Shown here: piece after piece, positions 25,301-38,745 of the stretch
Position numbering within the stretch: position 1 is the first letter of the stretch
How the letters are laid out: each line of letters begins with the position of its first letter
Source: Podarcis filfolensis
Taxonomy: Eukaryota
Length of the DNA stretch: 64,000 nt
NCBI GenBank assembly: GCA_964270895.1
Contig: OZ185440.1
Strand: one strand, 5' to 3'
Notes under the pieces: generated by a model
Told to the model about the DNA's origin: nothing
Seen by the model: only the letters and a program-made list of their open reading frames with translations
Database searches by the model: none
Position numbers and translations under genes: made by a program

Positions 25301-28300
25301 CTCAGGCCAATGTTTTAAGAATGCTGAGCGCATGTTGTTTTTGTGAGCCTGTAATAGCACCACTTATATCTAAAACAGTATGTGTTCCATAAAAAGGGCT
25401 GAGTAAATACTGATATAAAGCAGTGCATGGTAAGCTCCAGCCAAAGAAGGGAACAGGGGAATGTGAGCAAGCAGTAGGCTACTTTTCAGATAGTCTGCTC
25501 TTGGAACCCCATGGAGCCAATCACTAGTGCCTGGCACATGTTAAATCTATATTAAAATTTTGATGAAGAAAATTGGGTTGGGGTTCATACATAACACATT
25601 TGTACCCTGTGGGGACAGACCTTTATCATTGCTGGTGCAGTTGCCCACCCGCCTCAAATGATGTCTAAATTGATATCCATGCATGCTGTAACTAGTGGAT
25701 TAGCAGGGTCATTCCCCAATTGTGGTTCCAGGGTATGGTGTGAAATCTCGCTGCCTCTGCTTCTCGCATGGAAAGAAGATGGGATGTAAATTGTTTAAAA
25801 TAAATTTATAATGACACATATTCCTATAGGCTTGGAGGTTGATCTGAGCCTGTTGAGACAGAAGGTCACACAACACCTTCTGCCAAAAGAAAGGTTTCTT
25901 CCCCTTCCCTTCCATCAAAAAATGGCAAAACGTCTTTCTGACATTCTCTTAAAAGTATCCTGCTAAATTTAGCAAATAAATGTCCTTTTCAGAAAAAAAG
26001 TGGTCCCATCATCGTTTTCAAACTGAGTTATTTTAGATTTCTTCATTGAATAGGAGGGTAAATGGTTATGTGCTCCTGGGGGCAAATGCAATCATATCTA
26101 ATAGGTTTAAAGGAGGGGTGTGTGTGTCATGCTGAATAATGAAGTTAACAGACACCAGGTTTCCATCTTGAGCTGCACAGTGCTTTGTCCATCTTAAACT
26201 GTTTCCTGAAAGTCCCAGCTTCTGTTTAATGCAATCACTTTTATGCTTTATGTTCTGTTCTGAAGCAGTTTAAGAATTACAACTTCATAGATATCAGCAG
26301 TGAGCTGAGGCTTCCTCATACCAACTCACTTAATGGCCGGTTGTATTTCTTGACATGATCTAGTCATTTGGCCTGTGAAAAACAAAACAGCCCCCCCCCC
26401 CACCTTAACCCACTGCAGGGAACAAAGTGGTCCCTCTTGGTGAAACTGAGAACAATCCCTAGGGCTGTTTTTATTTATGGTTGCCTTAGCTGGGCTGACG
26501 AGATCAAGATGTCCTGATCTGCTGAGATCTCTAGACCATCTTGCTCTGCTTGGCGAGAGTCTAAATAGTGTCGCTTCATTCAATGAATTACCTGTGCTCT
26601 TTCACGGTGGCAAGAACTTTTCTACAGCTGCAGGTCACACTTTTGCGACTGTGTGGTATAAACTAGGCCTCATCGTGGAATTGTAATAAATTGCCTGCAT
26701 GTTGAGCTGGCAATGTAACCCTTTCAGGAGCCAACTGTTCATTGCAAACTGGACAGCAAGCAGTGATAAAAGGAAATCAGTTAGGGGGCAGAGACATTCC
26801 TTTTCCCCCTGCTGGGTCTGCCAGTTAACCCTGCCAGGAACCAGAAAACCAGACTAGAGGTGTCAATGGAAAATGAGCTAGAGGAGGAGGGAAAACATTG
26901 CAGAAGTCAGAACAGTTTCCTAGCAAATCAACTTGACTCCTGCTCTGACTGGGGATGAGGACCCTCAACAGCCTGAGCTGCATTAACAGGAACAGCATGA
27001 TACAATTTGCAAACTCTTCTACACTTTGGAAACTGCTGGGTGGGGGGGAGAGACACAAATACAGAACAGCCCCTGATGGAATCTGGATTGTATTTTGTAT
27101 GGATGCAGTGTTTGTTTCTTAAGAGTCACGTGGATTTATGTGGCATGCTTATAAGAAACTAAGGATCTGTGTGTCGGTGCTACTCAAGTGGGGTCAGAAT
27201 GTGAGCAAAATCCCTGCTCTCCCTTATCGCAACCTGCAAAAAAGATTTGGGCATCCTCTTCCCTCCTCATTCTGGTACTCGTTTCTTTCTGGAATTACCT
27301 TGTATCTAACAGGTGTTGTTTCTAGCTCCATACCGCAAAGTGTTTAACGTATTACCACTTCCCATCACAGAAGTGTGTGAATGGCATCAGGGCATGCATG
27401 CTTATTTGTTGGGATGTAGTACAGTGGGTTTGTCATGTGAGAGAACTTTTGCTTTGATTTCCCCTTAACATGGAACTGGGTTCATCAGGGCCTATGGGGA
27501 GTCCATAGAAACTGCAGGGGAAGTGCTGTGCAAGATATTTGTGTTTGACCTTGACATTTACAAGGGAGTGCATCTCTAGCCTGTATGAAGTATCTCAGAT
27601 GCAGCCACAAGCATGTGTGAAATGGGCAAGGACTAATGTACAGATTTAACATAAAAAGCCCTAAGACGTACTACTGTGTTTCACTGTGTTTAAAGAATAT
27701 AATGAACCTGGTCCCTAATATTCTGTTAGTATTTTTCCTGTTAATCTATAGCACAAGTAATCATAGGCCTGTAACCAGGGCTTCCAGAAAACTCTTATTC
27801 TTAGGTGGCATTCCATCATATCTCCCTAAAACATAAAGAGCAGCTCTTGTTTCAAAGCACCCCGGGCCCATTAAACTACCTGGAACTAATGCTGCTGCTA
27901 CAGGGTGATTTGTTTCTGGGATTTTCTTCTGACAGGCCCCTAACTTGGATCATATACTGGCTGATCTTGATGACCTTTGATGCAAAGACTCCAGATCTAA
28001 AGAGCAGTGAAAGCCCAGAGCGAAGTACACCTTCAGACTCCAGCCATAGACAGTTAATGTTCCTTCTAGGAGGCCGTGAAATCAATCTTCCAGGTCAATA
28101 TGTGGCCTGCCTCAGCATTATGTTTATGCATTTCTGACAGAGCTGGTTGCAGCCTCACTTGCATTGGTGAACCTTTCATTGTTTTAGCTGATTTCAGCTC
28201 ATACCTCTTTGAACATTTCATTGCCAATATGCAGTCTTCTGTCACCCAGCTGCAGCAACAGTGAAACCAACACTCTCTTCTACAGATTTCAAGGGCACAA

Positions 28301-30333
28301 TGTTCTACTGCTTACTCTTAGACCAGAAAAGGAGTAGTAACTATCAATCTGTCTTTCTTCCCTGTAGTGCACTAGGAAATTATCACAGTGTTTGTTAAGC
28401 GCAATGACTCAAATGAATCAGGAAGCTCAGCCCTTAACAGCCTTTGGCTTCATCTGGTATCCTCTGCCTCACCCACAGTAGTGGTCCAGCCTTCATCATG
28501 TCCTCCACAATTGCTAGTCTGCTACACTACCTCATATTAATGAGAAGCAGAATCTGTGCCCCAGAGTTAAGGGGGCAGTAGGAATCCAGGCATTTTGAAC
28601 CACCAAAAGTTTGGTTGCTGGTCAGAACCAGAAATACAGACATTCATCAAGATGTTGCTAATTGTCAACCACTGCATTTTGAGCTTCCAAATTGTTGAAA
28701 GTGAAGGTGGTTCTATCTTTTGTTATCTACTGCTGCCGATAACTCAGTTAAACTGAAACTCTGCACTTGCCCGGAGACTGTGTGTGCATTTTAGCTTTGC
28801 TCTGAGCAGTGCACCTGGTGCCATTGTGGTGAATCAGAGAAAGTGATTATTGTTCAAATTTAAGCACATCCCAGTTTAGCAGTAAGCTAAAGAAAGTCCC
28901 CAACAACAACAGTACTTGAGATTGAACTGTGCAAGGGTCTGAAAGACATATGCTCAAGCCTAATTAGTTCCTGGAACTTTTGCCACTAAACTCTTATTCA
29001 ATTATCAATTAACTTTAGGAAAGTAACAATAGGGCATCCTCCAGCAAGCATCTTCTCCCACTAATTGGATTATATTCCTTTGGAAACATCCCCACCTTTC
29101 CCAATGAGGGACATCTCAGTCACCTGGCTGTGAGTTTTGATTAACCAGAGCTCCCTCATGACCTCCCTGCCTCTCTCTGGCAGGAAAATTGTATTGTGAT
29201 GTTTATTGACAGCTATATCCTTGGCATTCAATGCCCCTTCCTTCCAGCCCTGTCCTTAATGAGATCACTCTTTGTGTTACAGCTCATGCCCATCAAGAAG
29301 TTTCTTTCTTACAACTAACTGGACACTTCTCATTCTCCACTATGACCAATCTTTCTCCACTGAAGCTGTCCCATGTCTCTCTCCTATTCATTCAGCTTTT
29401 TGAAATCCTCCAGGATGCTCTTCCACAACATCCTGTTCCAACTCTCTGACACCATGGATGCCATTGGGAGTCAGACTACTTCTTCAGCTTACCTGGATCA
29501 CAAATCTTGCCTCCTTTCTGCTTCCCTGCTTCTTAGCCATGCCCATTTCCTCCTCTTACATTAGTCAAGACCCTTGCAGGAAGCACAAGCCAGTGTTACC
29601 CTGAAAGGAAGCCTTTTCATGGAACCTAGGGTAGGGAGAGGATTTATCTCAGTGGGAATTTATGAAACCTAGCCTACCCTGAGCCACCCCATCAACAGTT
29701 GAGACTAGAAAATGTTTTTCTGCTCGTTTACTGAAAGCTCACAAGCTTGCTGTTAATGATGTCCAGGCGGATTAGCCTCAAATAATTTGTGCTTAGTTTT
29801 TGCTGAGAGTCCGAGACCCAGTCCTGACCTTGCACCCGCAGGTCACAGTAAAACTCTGAAAGCAATAAAACTCTTTACTCTCCCTTCCTTGGGACAGGTA
29901 ATTATTAATGTCTTCCTCCTACCTCTATCTTGCTCATTCCCATAATCTCGCTGTCTCTGAACTCTAGTGCTGCTCCAAAGACCAGTGATTTGCATTTGAG
30001 CTTTTTCCCATAGTACCTTTTCCCTGCCCATCTTCACCCAATATAAGGCACTTTCTCTGCTTCTTTTTAGCTTTGTAACAGGAAATGTTTACACTTATGG
30101 TTTGGTCAATGTGAGTTTGAGTAGCTTCTGTGACAACATGGTTAAGATACAGGTTTGTGACTTGTATGTATGTAAAGGAACATGAGCAAATCTAGTAGCA
30201 CGAGTGTTTGCTTGAATCTTGTCATGATTTTGATCTTGTGTGTGTCATGAATTTGGTCCCAAAAGTTAAATACAATCTATACAATTAATATTGTAATGAT
30301 TTAAGAGGTGACTTTCAATGTGACTGTCAGTCT

Positions 30334-30335
30334 TC

Positions 30336-30390
<55 letters not shown>
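30334..30390. repeat. (CT)n microsatellite
   Basis: Direct reading; two interruptions. Confidence 0.95.
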
Positions 30391-30391
<1 letters not shown>

Positions 30392-30595
30392 ATAAATTTC
30401 CTATGAACTTCTCCAGCAGAGGGATCCACTATCAGTAGCAATCAAATATTAATAATTAGGCAATAATTTCCTAAATACCTTCTTATTAGTTATAGTTAAC
30501 GGGTGCTGAAAATAACCACCATGAGATTGCCTCGCAAAGTGAAATTTTCATATTTGTAGTTGCAGATGTGTGAGAGGAATAAACAGAGGATTAAA

Positions 30596-30921
30596 TAGAC
30601 TCATAGATATTACAGGTTCAGTTCCAGACCAGCACAATAAAGTGAATATTGTACTAAAGTGAGTTACAATGGTTTCCCAGTGCATTTAGAAGTTATGTTG
30701 ACACTATAGAGTTGCTTATTAAGCCATGACCCACTGGCTGCAGGAATGGGAAGGGAAAACCCACCTCCAACCCTAGCCAGCTCCACTCCTGTGGCAAGAA
30801 GCGGGACGGCAGGAGCAGGGGGCTTCCTTCTCCTGGAAGCAGCTGGGCTGCCTGCAGCTGCACCCGCAACCTCCTCCTAAGCAGCAATGTAGGTGAAATA
30901 CAATAAAATAAGGTGTTCTTG
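30596..30921 (+). mobile_element. Tigger1-like (pogo) non-autonomous element, decayed
   Basis: gatattacaggttcagttccagaccagcacaataaagtgaatattg...ggtttcccagtgcatttagaagttatgttgacactata resembles the Tigger1 5' end as I recall it. The right end caataaaataaggtgttcttg|TA resembles the Tigger1 3' TIR. Confidence 0.6.
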
Positions 30922-31905
30922 TAATAAGTTTCCAAGCAGTTATTGCTGATTCAAATACGCAAAAGAAGTGATGACTTGTCCAAAGTATTGACAGTTAAAC
31001 CAATTGCACGGAATGAGGCATAATGGGGAAGAATATATTCTGATTACAGAGTAGTTAAACCAGAATGCAAATGACCTTTGCAGCAATGGTATGACATATT
31101 ACTCTAATGAACATAATCACCCTGGGCATGCAATACCACTGTTCCACAAGGTGGATATATCCATAGAACTAAACGGGTAGGTTTCATACATCCCTGATTT
31201 TAAATACCTTAAAATTTCATTGTATAATTTGGATAAAACTGAAGATAGTTTTTCCCCCTATGCTAGCACAGAAACCACTTGTGCTATTTACCACCTGCTC
31301 TCTAGGTGTACTTTCCATTGTTTCTTTCTTTATCAAGGTGTTAAGCAAGTCTCTTGAAATCTGCCAATGGCCACCTGCCCTTGGACTAGTAGGATTACTG
31401 GGGGTGGGAATTCGGATTCAGCACTGAGTTAACAGTGGTCTTGCAGAGATCTCTGTACTATTTGACTTGTGCTTCAAGTGGTTTAATGCACAGAGAAGGT
31501 CTGAAAGCTTGAGTTGATTTGTTTTTAAAGGGGTCACGCACTGGGATTTTATTTGATACACTACATCTGTGTCTAGCCCTTTATATTACCTTTCCTTTCA
31601 CAGTTCTTCTTTACAATGGCTTAGGACTTTTTATTCATTTAGTCACTCTAATGCTGGTGTCAACAGATGCTTCTTGCTTCACTGGAACTTACAGAACGAA
31701 TGTTGTTTTAAATGGAGACATCCTTTAATTGTGCTATAAAGTTGGTGGTCAAGGTAGGACCTTGCATTTTATCCTCAATGTCCTCCTTTTTTACTCAGTT
31801 TAGACATTGCTTTTTCTCCTGTTGTAGTTGCAACTATTCCTTGTGGCTTCTATGGTAATTCTGGTGTGCGTTGTGCTTCCCAATGTCTGTATCATTAACC
31901 TGGAC

Positions 31906-32041
31906 CCGGGATGAAGAACCTCAGGCCTGCAGGGCTTCTCTATCCGGCCCTTTGTACTCCCAGGATACACACCCCTCCCCAACCTTGCTTGCCATTCTTC
32001 TTGAGTCTTTATGCTTTCCTGAATGGATGGAGAGGGTGTGG

Positions 32042-32084
<43 letters not shown>

Positions 32085-32228
32085 AACTAGCCCACAGAAC
32101 ACAGGTAAAATTCATATTCATTCCTCTGCCCACCTTTGCCTTTGGCTCTACCCACCCCTGGCATTTAGCTTCTGGAAGGTTCCTCAGAAAGAAAAGCGGG
32201 TCTTGGGCTGAAAAACATCCCCACTCCT
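31906..32228. mobile_element. hAT-like MITE (same family as 5476-5785) containing a TG microsatellite
   Basis: gggatgaagaacctcaggcc ... ttgcctttggctctacccacc ... gggctgaaaaacatccccac. Confidence 0.55.
32043..32081. repeat. (TG)19 microsatellite
   Basis: Direct reading. Confidence 0.97.
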
Positions 32229-35200
32229 TTTCTATACCATGCTGTTATGGATGCTGTCTGGTCAAACCTTTTTTGCTTGACATTGCTTGCTAATGTGCCG
32301 AATGTCTGACAGGTGTTTCCTAATGGAGCCAATGGCTAGGAAGCAGGGCCAGCCCAAGGCATTCACCGTTTAGAGCAGAAGCAGATGGTACCCCTGTCCC
32401 CTCCATTCACACAAACAAATGGAGACAGCAGGTAACAACAATAGGAAGGTGAATGCCAACTTTAGCGTCCCCAACTCTTCTTTACTGCATCTGCTTCTGC
32501 ACCTGTGGAGAACAGCAGCCTGTTGAGGAGCCAGAAGGTGGAGCCATCTAGCCTCACCTGTGGAGAGCAAAAGTGAGAACTTGGCCACACCTTAGCTGTT
32601 TCTAAGGAGGTTTATTTGGAGGTGTCTGTGGGCTGATTGAAGCAGCGCTAAAGAGGGAGCTGATGCTAAAGGTGAAGGTTACTCTTTGGGTTGGTCCTTT
32701 GGGTTAGGATGAGGGCGAAGAAACTCCCCATTGGCAATTGTTTGTGAATGGGCTTGCTCCTAGGTCAAAGATGGAGGGGTGAGTCAACCTGACTTCTAAG
32801 TGAGAGGTAGATGCTGGGGAACTCCCTTTGTGGTGAGAGCATGGATGCAGCTCACTAGTGCACAAAGTGTGGATGATGGGGCACCTGATGTTTGCTATTT
32901 TGTATTATATTTGCTTTTGTATTAATCTGTTCACTGCTTGGGGGACCTTTGAGCCAAACAGTGGCATATAGACAAACCAATGAATGAATGAAAGCCAAAG
33001 TGTGTAATAACCAAGGCCAGCCAAGTTATTTAGTACCTGAGTCAGAAAATCCCACAAGCACCTCCTTCCCTCCCTGGTAGTAAAAGTAAAATAGAAACAA
33101 ATTAAATAGCAAACCATTTATTGCCCTTTCATGACACCTGAAATCAGATGTCTGACATGGCTCTCTCACTCAGCCTAACAGCAGTGTTTCTTGTTTTACA
33201 TTTTGAATGGGAAAGACCACTCTGGAATGTCTGGAATATGAAAAGCATCAGAGTTTAGGGGAAATGACTCCTAAACATGGCCCAGCTAAGGAAACCCAAT
33301 TAACTGGCAGACCTGTAGGTTATACTTTCCCTTTCCCACCTCTATGCCATGTAGATACATGCTAAATGAACTCAGAAGCATAAATTAAGCACAAAGGCTA
33401 TCCATCCATCAGCAATCATCATGGTGGGAATGAAAACCCCTCAACCTGGTCTCCAGCTAATCTCTGGCTATTCGTGCCATTTCATTTAGGGGTCCCCAGC
33501 GTGGAACCCATGGACACCGTAACACCCTCAGACATTCTCCTTGACATCCACCAAGGCATCCTGTCACTTCCTCCCTCCCCTTTTTAGTTGAGGCTTATGG
33601 GCTTTTTATTGTTGCTTGTTTGGGGGTGCTCTCTGCTTTTTTAAAATTTGTGTAGCATTTGTCTGGGGGAGGTATAGGTATTTTGCCTGTTTACAGGAAG
33701 GGGCAGTTCTGAGCAGGATAGTAATGGAATTTTTACTATTCAAATACATCTATTTGAATATATTTTCCAATTCATTCCTTTTTACTTGGAAGAAAAGTTG
33801 AGCAGGTGAAAGTTATTTCTGCAGTTCTGCTTTCTTATTCCTTATGTGAAAATGCATCTCTTGGTTGTGCTATGTGAAGAAAGAGCCTCTTCCCCTCCTT
33901 CCCCCTTTATCTGCTCTGGATGTTGCAAACTTACTGCTGCTGAGATCCCAGGAAAGTCCTATTCTGTCATCTGCTTTTGTTAAGAAATAAAAAGCATTGC
34001 TTTTGCATTTGTCAACATTAAGCCTCATTTGCTGCGCATCAGCCAAGCAACATGGCTGGGAGAAAGAGACTCTAACATTTCTATGCTGGCTTTTCTTTCT
34101 TCTTCTGGTCTCCCCCCTCCTGCTGCATCCACTCGGATGCCCAATTCCATGTTGTCAGCAGACTTAACCAGTTTTCAGTCAGCTTCTCAGAGCCATTTAT
34201 ATAAATTAGGCCTAGCAGGGGCTCCCAGAATCACACAGCAACAAACATTACTTTGCATTTGTTGACTTTAATTTTCACATTGCCGTATGTTGACCCAATT
34301 CCGGAGTAGCTGTAAATCGTGGGTTGCTTTTTGGCTGTGTTTTCTCAGCCCTGCCAGTGAATTTGGGAAGCCTAAAAATTCTGTCTCCCCGAGTCATTTG
34401 CATAACCTAAAAACGGCAGCGGGAAAGTCATATGCACTGACCTAATTTAGCTACTTCGGCCATTTCATCTCCTTTCTGTTCCACTGCCTGATCTGTAGCC
34501 ATTCTTATTTTGTAACCCTGACTCATTGCTGCTTTCCACTAAATTTGTCACTTTCTCTGGGGAATTTAGCTAAGCTGCCTACAAAACCTGGCTGGGTTGC
34601 TATAAGGGCAAATAGTACTTTAGCAGTTTAAATGGGAGAGAAGGAACAGAGACTTAACAGAATTTCTGGAATATTTGCTTTATTTACAAATCTACAAGTA
34701 GATAAAGGGAGGCAAAGAGGCAAGTGGGAGATCTCCCAGAGAGGATCAGGACAACCCTCCAGCTTTGTGCTTCCTCTAAGCACCTTGGTTATGGATCATT
34801 CATCATGATTTGTTTTCAGGAAGATTAGATGACACTGGTTACTTACTAAGAATTCGTTCTGATTTGTTTTCAGGGAGGGTAGATGATATTATGTCAAGCA
34901 AATGATATTCCACACTTTCCAGTGCATCACCTTTCTTATCGCAAAAAGTCTGATTTTTTGAGGTGTGTAGCTTGCTCCCCCCCCCATATCCATTTTAATT
35001 GCACAGCCTTAATTTTCCAGTATGTGATTGAATCCCACCTGAAAATAGTGGCAGTTTGGAATCACTCTTGTTAGTAACTCTCATTTCTCTCTCTCCCCCC
35101 CCCCCCATTTCCAACAGCAAATATTACTGTTTCTCTTAGATTTATTCATATTTTCTTTTTAAAAAAATTATACATTGTCTTATTGCAAACCAAACATCAA

Positions 35201-36341
35201 GTGGGGGTATGGGTGGATGTGTATGCATGCTGGATACTATTTCTGCAAACCCAGGTGTACACACAAGCTTGCTGATACCTCTTGGACATGTCTTGTGCCA
35301 TTACATAAGCTTTGACAGTCACCTCTGTCAAATTTCAGAAAGATCTCTGCCATAGATCATGTATGTGTGTGCACATATACAAAGTGCTTCTATGTTTTAG
35401 GGAGAGGTCCTGAGATTTTTTTCTCCCCCACTCCTCCACTGTTTTCCCCAATGCTTCACCCAAATTAAAGCTTTGATTTGGAGCTGGGTTTCTGCGATTC
35501 AGTTTGACTAGTTCATTTCTCCTGGGAAAGGCAGGTTTGGTTGCCTTTCAGTACAGGAGAAAAGGTGAGGTCTTTTCTGTTAGCGTGAATATGAAAGAAA
35601 AGCCTAAAGAGAAGAAATGCCCATTCGAAGGGCAGAAAGTCACAGCATTTCTGCTGCTACTTTCCGGGAACAAAAATAGCAAGAGCTGGTCCCAGCTGCT
35701 GGCCACTGTGGGTTTGAAAAGGTTATCAAGACATTATAGCATATAAACAGCAGAGCTATTAGCTCTGAGCTGTGAAAAGTTTCTAACCTTCACAGCGAAA
35801 ACCTTAAATTATTTTTGAAGTGTTAATGAAAGTCAGCTCTCCAAAGATGGATGTGGAGCAAGGAATTGCATCAGAAAAATGGCAAGTAATGTATTAATAG
35901 TTATTGCTTCAGAAGGCCCTGAGGGGGGGGGGGTCTGAGGTGGCTGAAAGTCAGCCACCTTCATATGAATCTCTCCCATGAAAAAAAGAAAATCCTGGGT
36001 GTAATATTGATCATGCCCAACCCACTAGGAGGTATTCCTCCTCCAATGGTTCCAGGCAAGGAAATCATAAAAGAGCTCCAACTTTCTGGCTGTGATGTTA
36101 CATTATGTCCCATGGCGTCTTGGCTCCTCCTGCAAGCTGCAGCAAAAGGGGGAGGAGGGCAGAAGGAGAAGGAGTTCAGCACAGTCAAAGGAAAAACAAG
36201 CTTGACTCAATTTCTCTTCACTGGAAACCACACATTCAGATTTCATTTCTCCACAGGATTGCTCTCAGCGAAAAATCATAGATGGGGGGGTCAGTGGTTT
36301 ATTCCCCCAGGGTTAGGGGAGACTTCATGTTCCAATAACCA

Positions 36342-36554
36342 CAGTGGTACCTCGGGTTACAGACGCTTCAGACTACAGACTCAGAACCCAGAAATAGTAC
36401 CTCAGGTTAAGAACTTTACTTCAGGATGAGAACAGAAATCGCACGGCAGCAGCGGGAGGCCCCATTAGCTAAAGTGGTACCTCAGGTTAAGAACAGTTTC
36501 AGGTTAACAACGGACCTCCAGAACGAGTTAAGTTATTAACCCGAAGTACCACTG
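36342..36554. mobile_element. Tc1/mariner-pogo (Tigger-like) MITE, 213 bp
   Basis: 18-bp TIRs CAGTGGTACCTCGGGTTA / TAACCCGAAGTACCACTG (1 mismatch); TA on the right flank, CA on the left. Confidence 0.88.
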
Positions 36555-36602
36555 TACTGTTTTGGTCCACTGCTAATAACCCCATGGAGAAATATTATCA
36601 GG

Positions 36603-36730
36603 TATAGCTCAGTACAGCACAAGACTCTTACCCTCAGGTTTGTGGGTTCAAGCCTTATGTTGGTCAAAAGATTCCTGCATTGCAGATGGCCCTCATGGTC
36701 CCTTTCAACTTTACAATTCTGTGATTCTGT
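36603..36730 (+). mobile_element. tRNA-headed SINE with CR1-type tail, decayed
   Basis: tagctcag A-box-like, gggttcaagcc B-box-like, and tail attcctgcattgcag...tccctttcaactttacaattctgtgattct. Confidence 0.65.
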
Positions 36731-36845
36731 TATCTGAACGACGCCATGAGCTAATCACAGCCTTTGCTTTTAGCAAGCATTTGGATAAAGTATATGCATC
36801 ATTATTGAGCATTTGAGTCTGTCTTGGCACTGTCCTTTCCCAAGA

Positions 36846-36975
36846 CAGTGTAATATAGCGGCTAAAGTGCTGGACTTAGACCAAACATATCTGGATTCAA
36901 ATTCCTGCTCAGCCTGAAATTTCTTGTTAACTTTGGGCCAATCTTTACATCTCAGTCTAGCATACTGAACTTTTA
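36846..36975 (+). mobile_element. CORE/MIR-type tRNA SINE, decayed
   Basis: gcggctaaagtgctggact...ggattcaaattcctgctcagcc...actttgggcc...tctcagtctag. Confidence 0.5.
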
Positions 36976-38320
36976 GTTCGGGGGTTGCCAAACTGGTGCC
37001 ATGATGCCTGCGTAGATAGGGTCCCAAAACTTCCTAGAAAAAAGTTATGCAGCAAAATGTGCAAGTACCCTTTATGAGGTTCATATTGCCTCATACTTCA
37101 GAGCAGTTCCTGGCCTTGGAAGAATCCACCCCCTTTTATTCCAATTGGTTGGGCAGTCAACAGCTCCCCTCCTTTGGGGGACAGATAAGAAGCAGGGAAG
37201 AATTTCTAACTCCCCTCATGGTTTGCCTTCTTACTTTTCTAGCATAGGAAGGCATTTTTATTTGTGGGGTAGTGGTGAGGGGACTGTCTTCCCCCTTTTA
37301 TTGCCCCAGAGGGCATTTTGGTGAAGGTGGAGAAGCAGGGAGGGGTCTACCTTTCCTCTTTTTTTAGACCTGGAGGCCATTTTGATGGGGGGGGGGGTAG
37401 AGAGAAGAGGCAATGGGGATGCCTGCCCAGCTTGCTTCATCTTAGAATCAGTGAGCTTTCTAAGGGTCCCAGAAAGTGACAGTAAAACCTGTTGATTTTT
37501 AGGAGTGCTGTATTAGCCATTTATAGATGCCTTCCCCTCCCTTGCTTCATAGACTGCCTTCCTGCTCTTTTATGCATTTTGATTTAGAGTGGGGGAGGGA
37601 GCGGCAAGTGGGATGCCTCCCCCCTCCCCTTGCCTTGAGTCTTGTCTCTTTGCTTTTCCTTGCCCTGAAGGACATTTCTATTTGGGGCTTTATGCCCTTG
37701 GTGTCAGGTGCATCATGTACCCATTCAAAGCAGTCCACAGTCAGCTACCCAAGGTGAGTCACTCTGGGTACATGAGCTGCAGAGCACTTGATTTCCTTTT
37801 CTGTCCCCTTTCTGCCGTTTGTTTGGCTAGCTCTTTCTAGTGAAATTCTCCTCCCACTTTCAATCTCTGTAGCAACAAATAGAATATGGTTCAACTGGTA
37901 GCTTAAGCCCAATGCAGACTGGGTTCCTCTTTCTGCAGACTGGGTTCCTCCTCCCATCCTTTTATTTGCTGGCTGCAATATGTTTTGTGTCATATAGGGG
38001 AGGAAAGTAACCTATTTGCCTCTGTAGTGGAAAATGCCTGCTGTATATTCATGGCTGTATATTCAACTCCTTTCGATGTTGTGGCCACTGCAGCAGGTTG
38101 AGATGTTCTTTCTTAGTTAACAAGATCCAAATAACGCAGGACTTAATGCAAATGAGCATCAGGGTGGGATGGGGGCAGGGATGTAGGTGGCTACATTAGC
38201 CAGGCTGGGTAAGTTCAGTTATATATATAATCATTAAAGTGGCTTCATTAAGAATGTATCTTAAGAGACAGCAACACTACTTGGTGTGGAGTCAGCAATC
38301 CAGAAGGAATGGCTTCACAA

Positions 38321-38515
38321 TGTGAGCCTATGCATGTTTATACAAAAGCAAGTCCCACTGTATTTAGTGATGCTTACTCCCAAGAAGGTGTGTTTAGGAT
38401 TTCAGTCATTGGAGAGGAGACCTTTTAGGCTCCAATCCTATATCCAATTACCAGGGACTAAGACCCACTAAACTAAACAGGGCTTGTTTCTGAGTAGGCA
38501 TGTCTAGGAGTCCAG
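38321..38515. mobile_element. Two adjacent short (about 90 bp) palindromic lizard repeats
   Basis: gcatgtttat...aagtcccact...gcttactccc...ttaggattt followed by an oppositely oriented copy; related to 42183-42266. Confidence 0.45.
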
Positions 38516-38619
38516 ATAGAGATTGTAGTTATGCTAGCCCTTGGAACATAATGTGGAGAAATTAAATTAGATAGACTAAACATTTGGGGCTGGCTGTTGC
38601 AGTTGTTTTATCTTCCAGG

Positions 38620-38745
38620 CAGCTGAAATATATCCTGTGAGGTAAGTTAGACTGCGTGACAGTGACTGATGCAAAATTGGCCAGTCATCTTTGTGAATGC
38701 GTAGGGATTTATACTCTGGTTTTTCAGGTCAACCAATCACTTGTG
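38620..38745 (-). mobile_element. CORE/MIR-type SINE fragment
   Basis: cctgtgaggtaagttagactg...cagtgactg...gggatttatactc is the reverse complement of the SINE body. Confidence 0.5.

Noticed and set aside
35965-36429. 154-aa ORF
   Set aside because: No recognisable homology, and it runs into a Tigger-like MITE.
38619-38641. 23-nt pseudo-exon with a strong AG|GTAAGT donor
   Set aside because: The donor derives from an antisense CORE-SINE. U2 sites are not compatible with the flanking U12 sites on their own, and there is no frame support.
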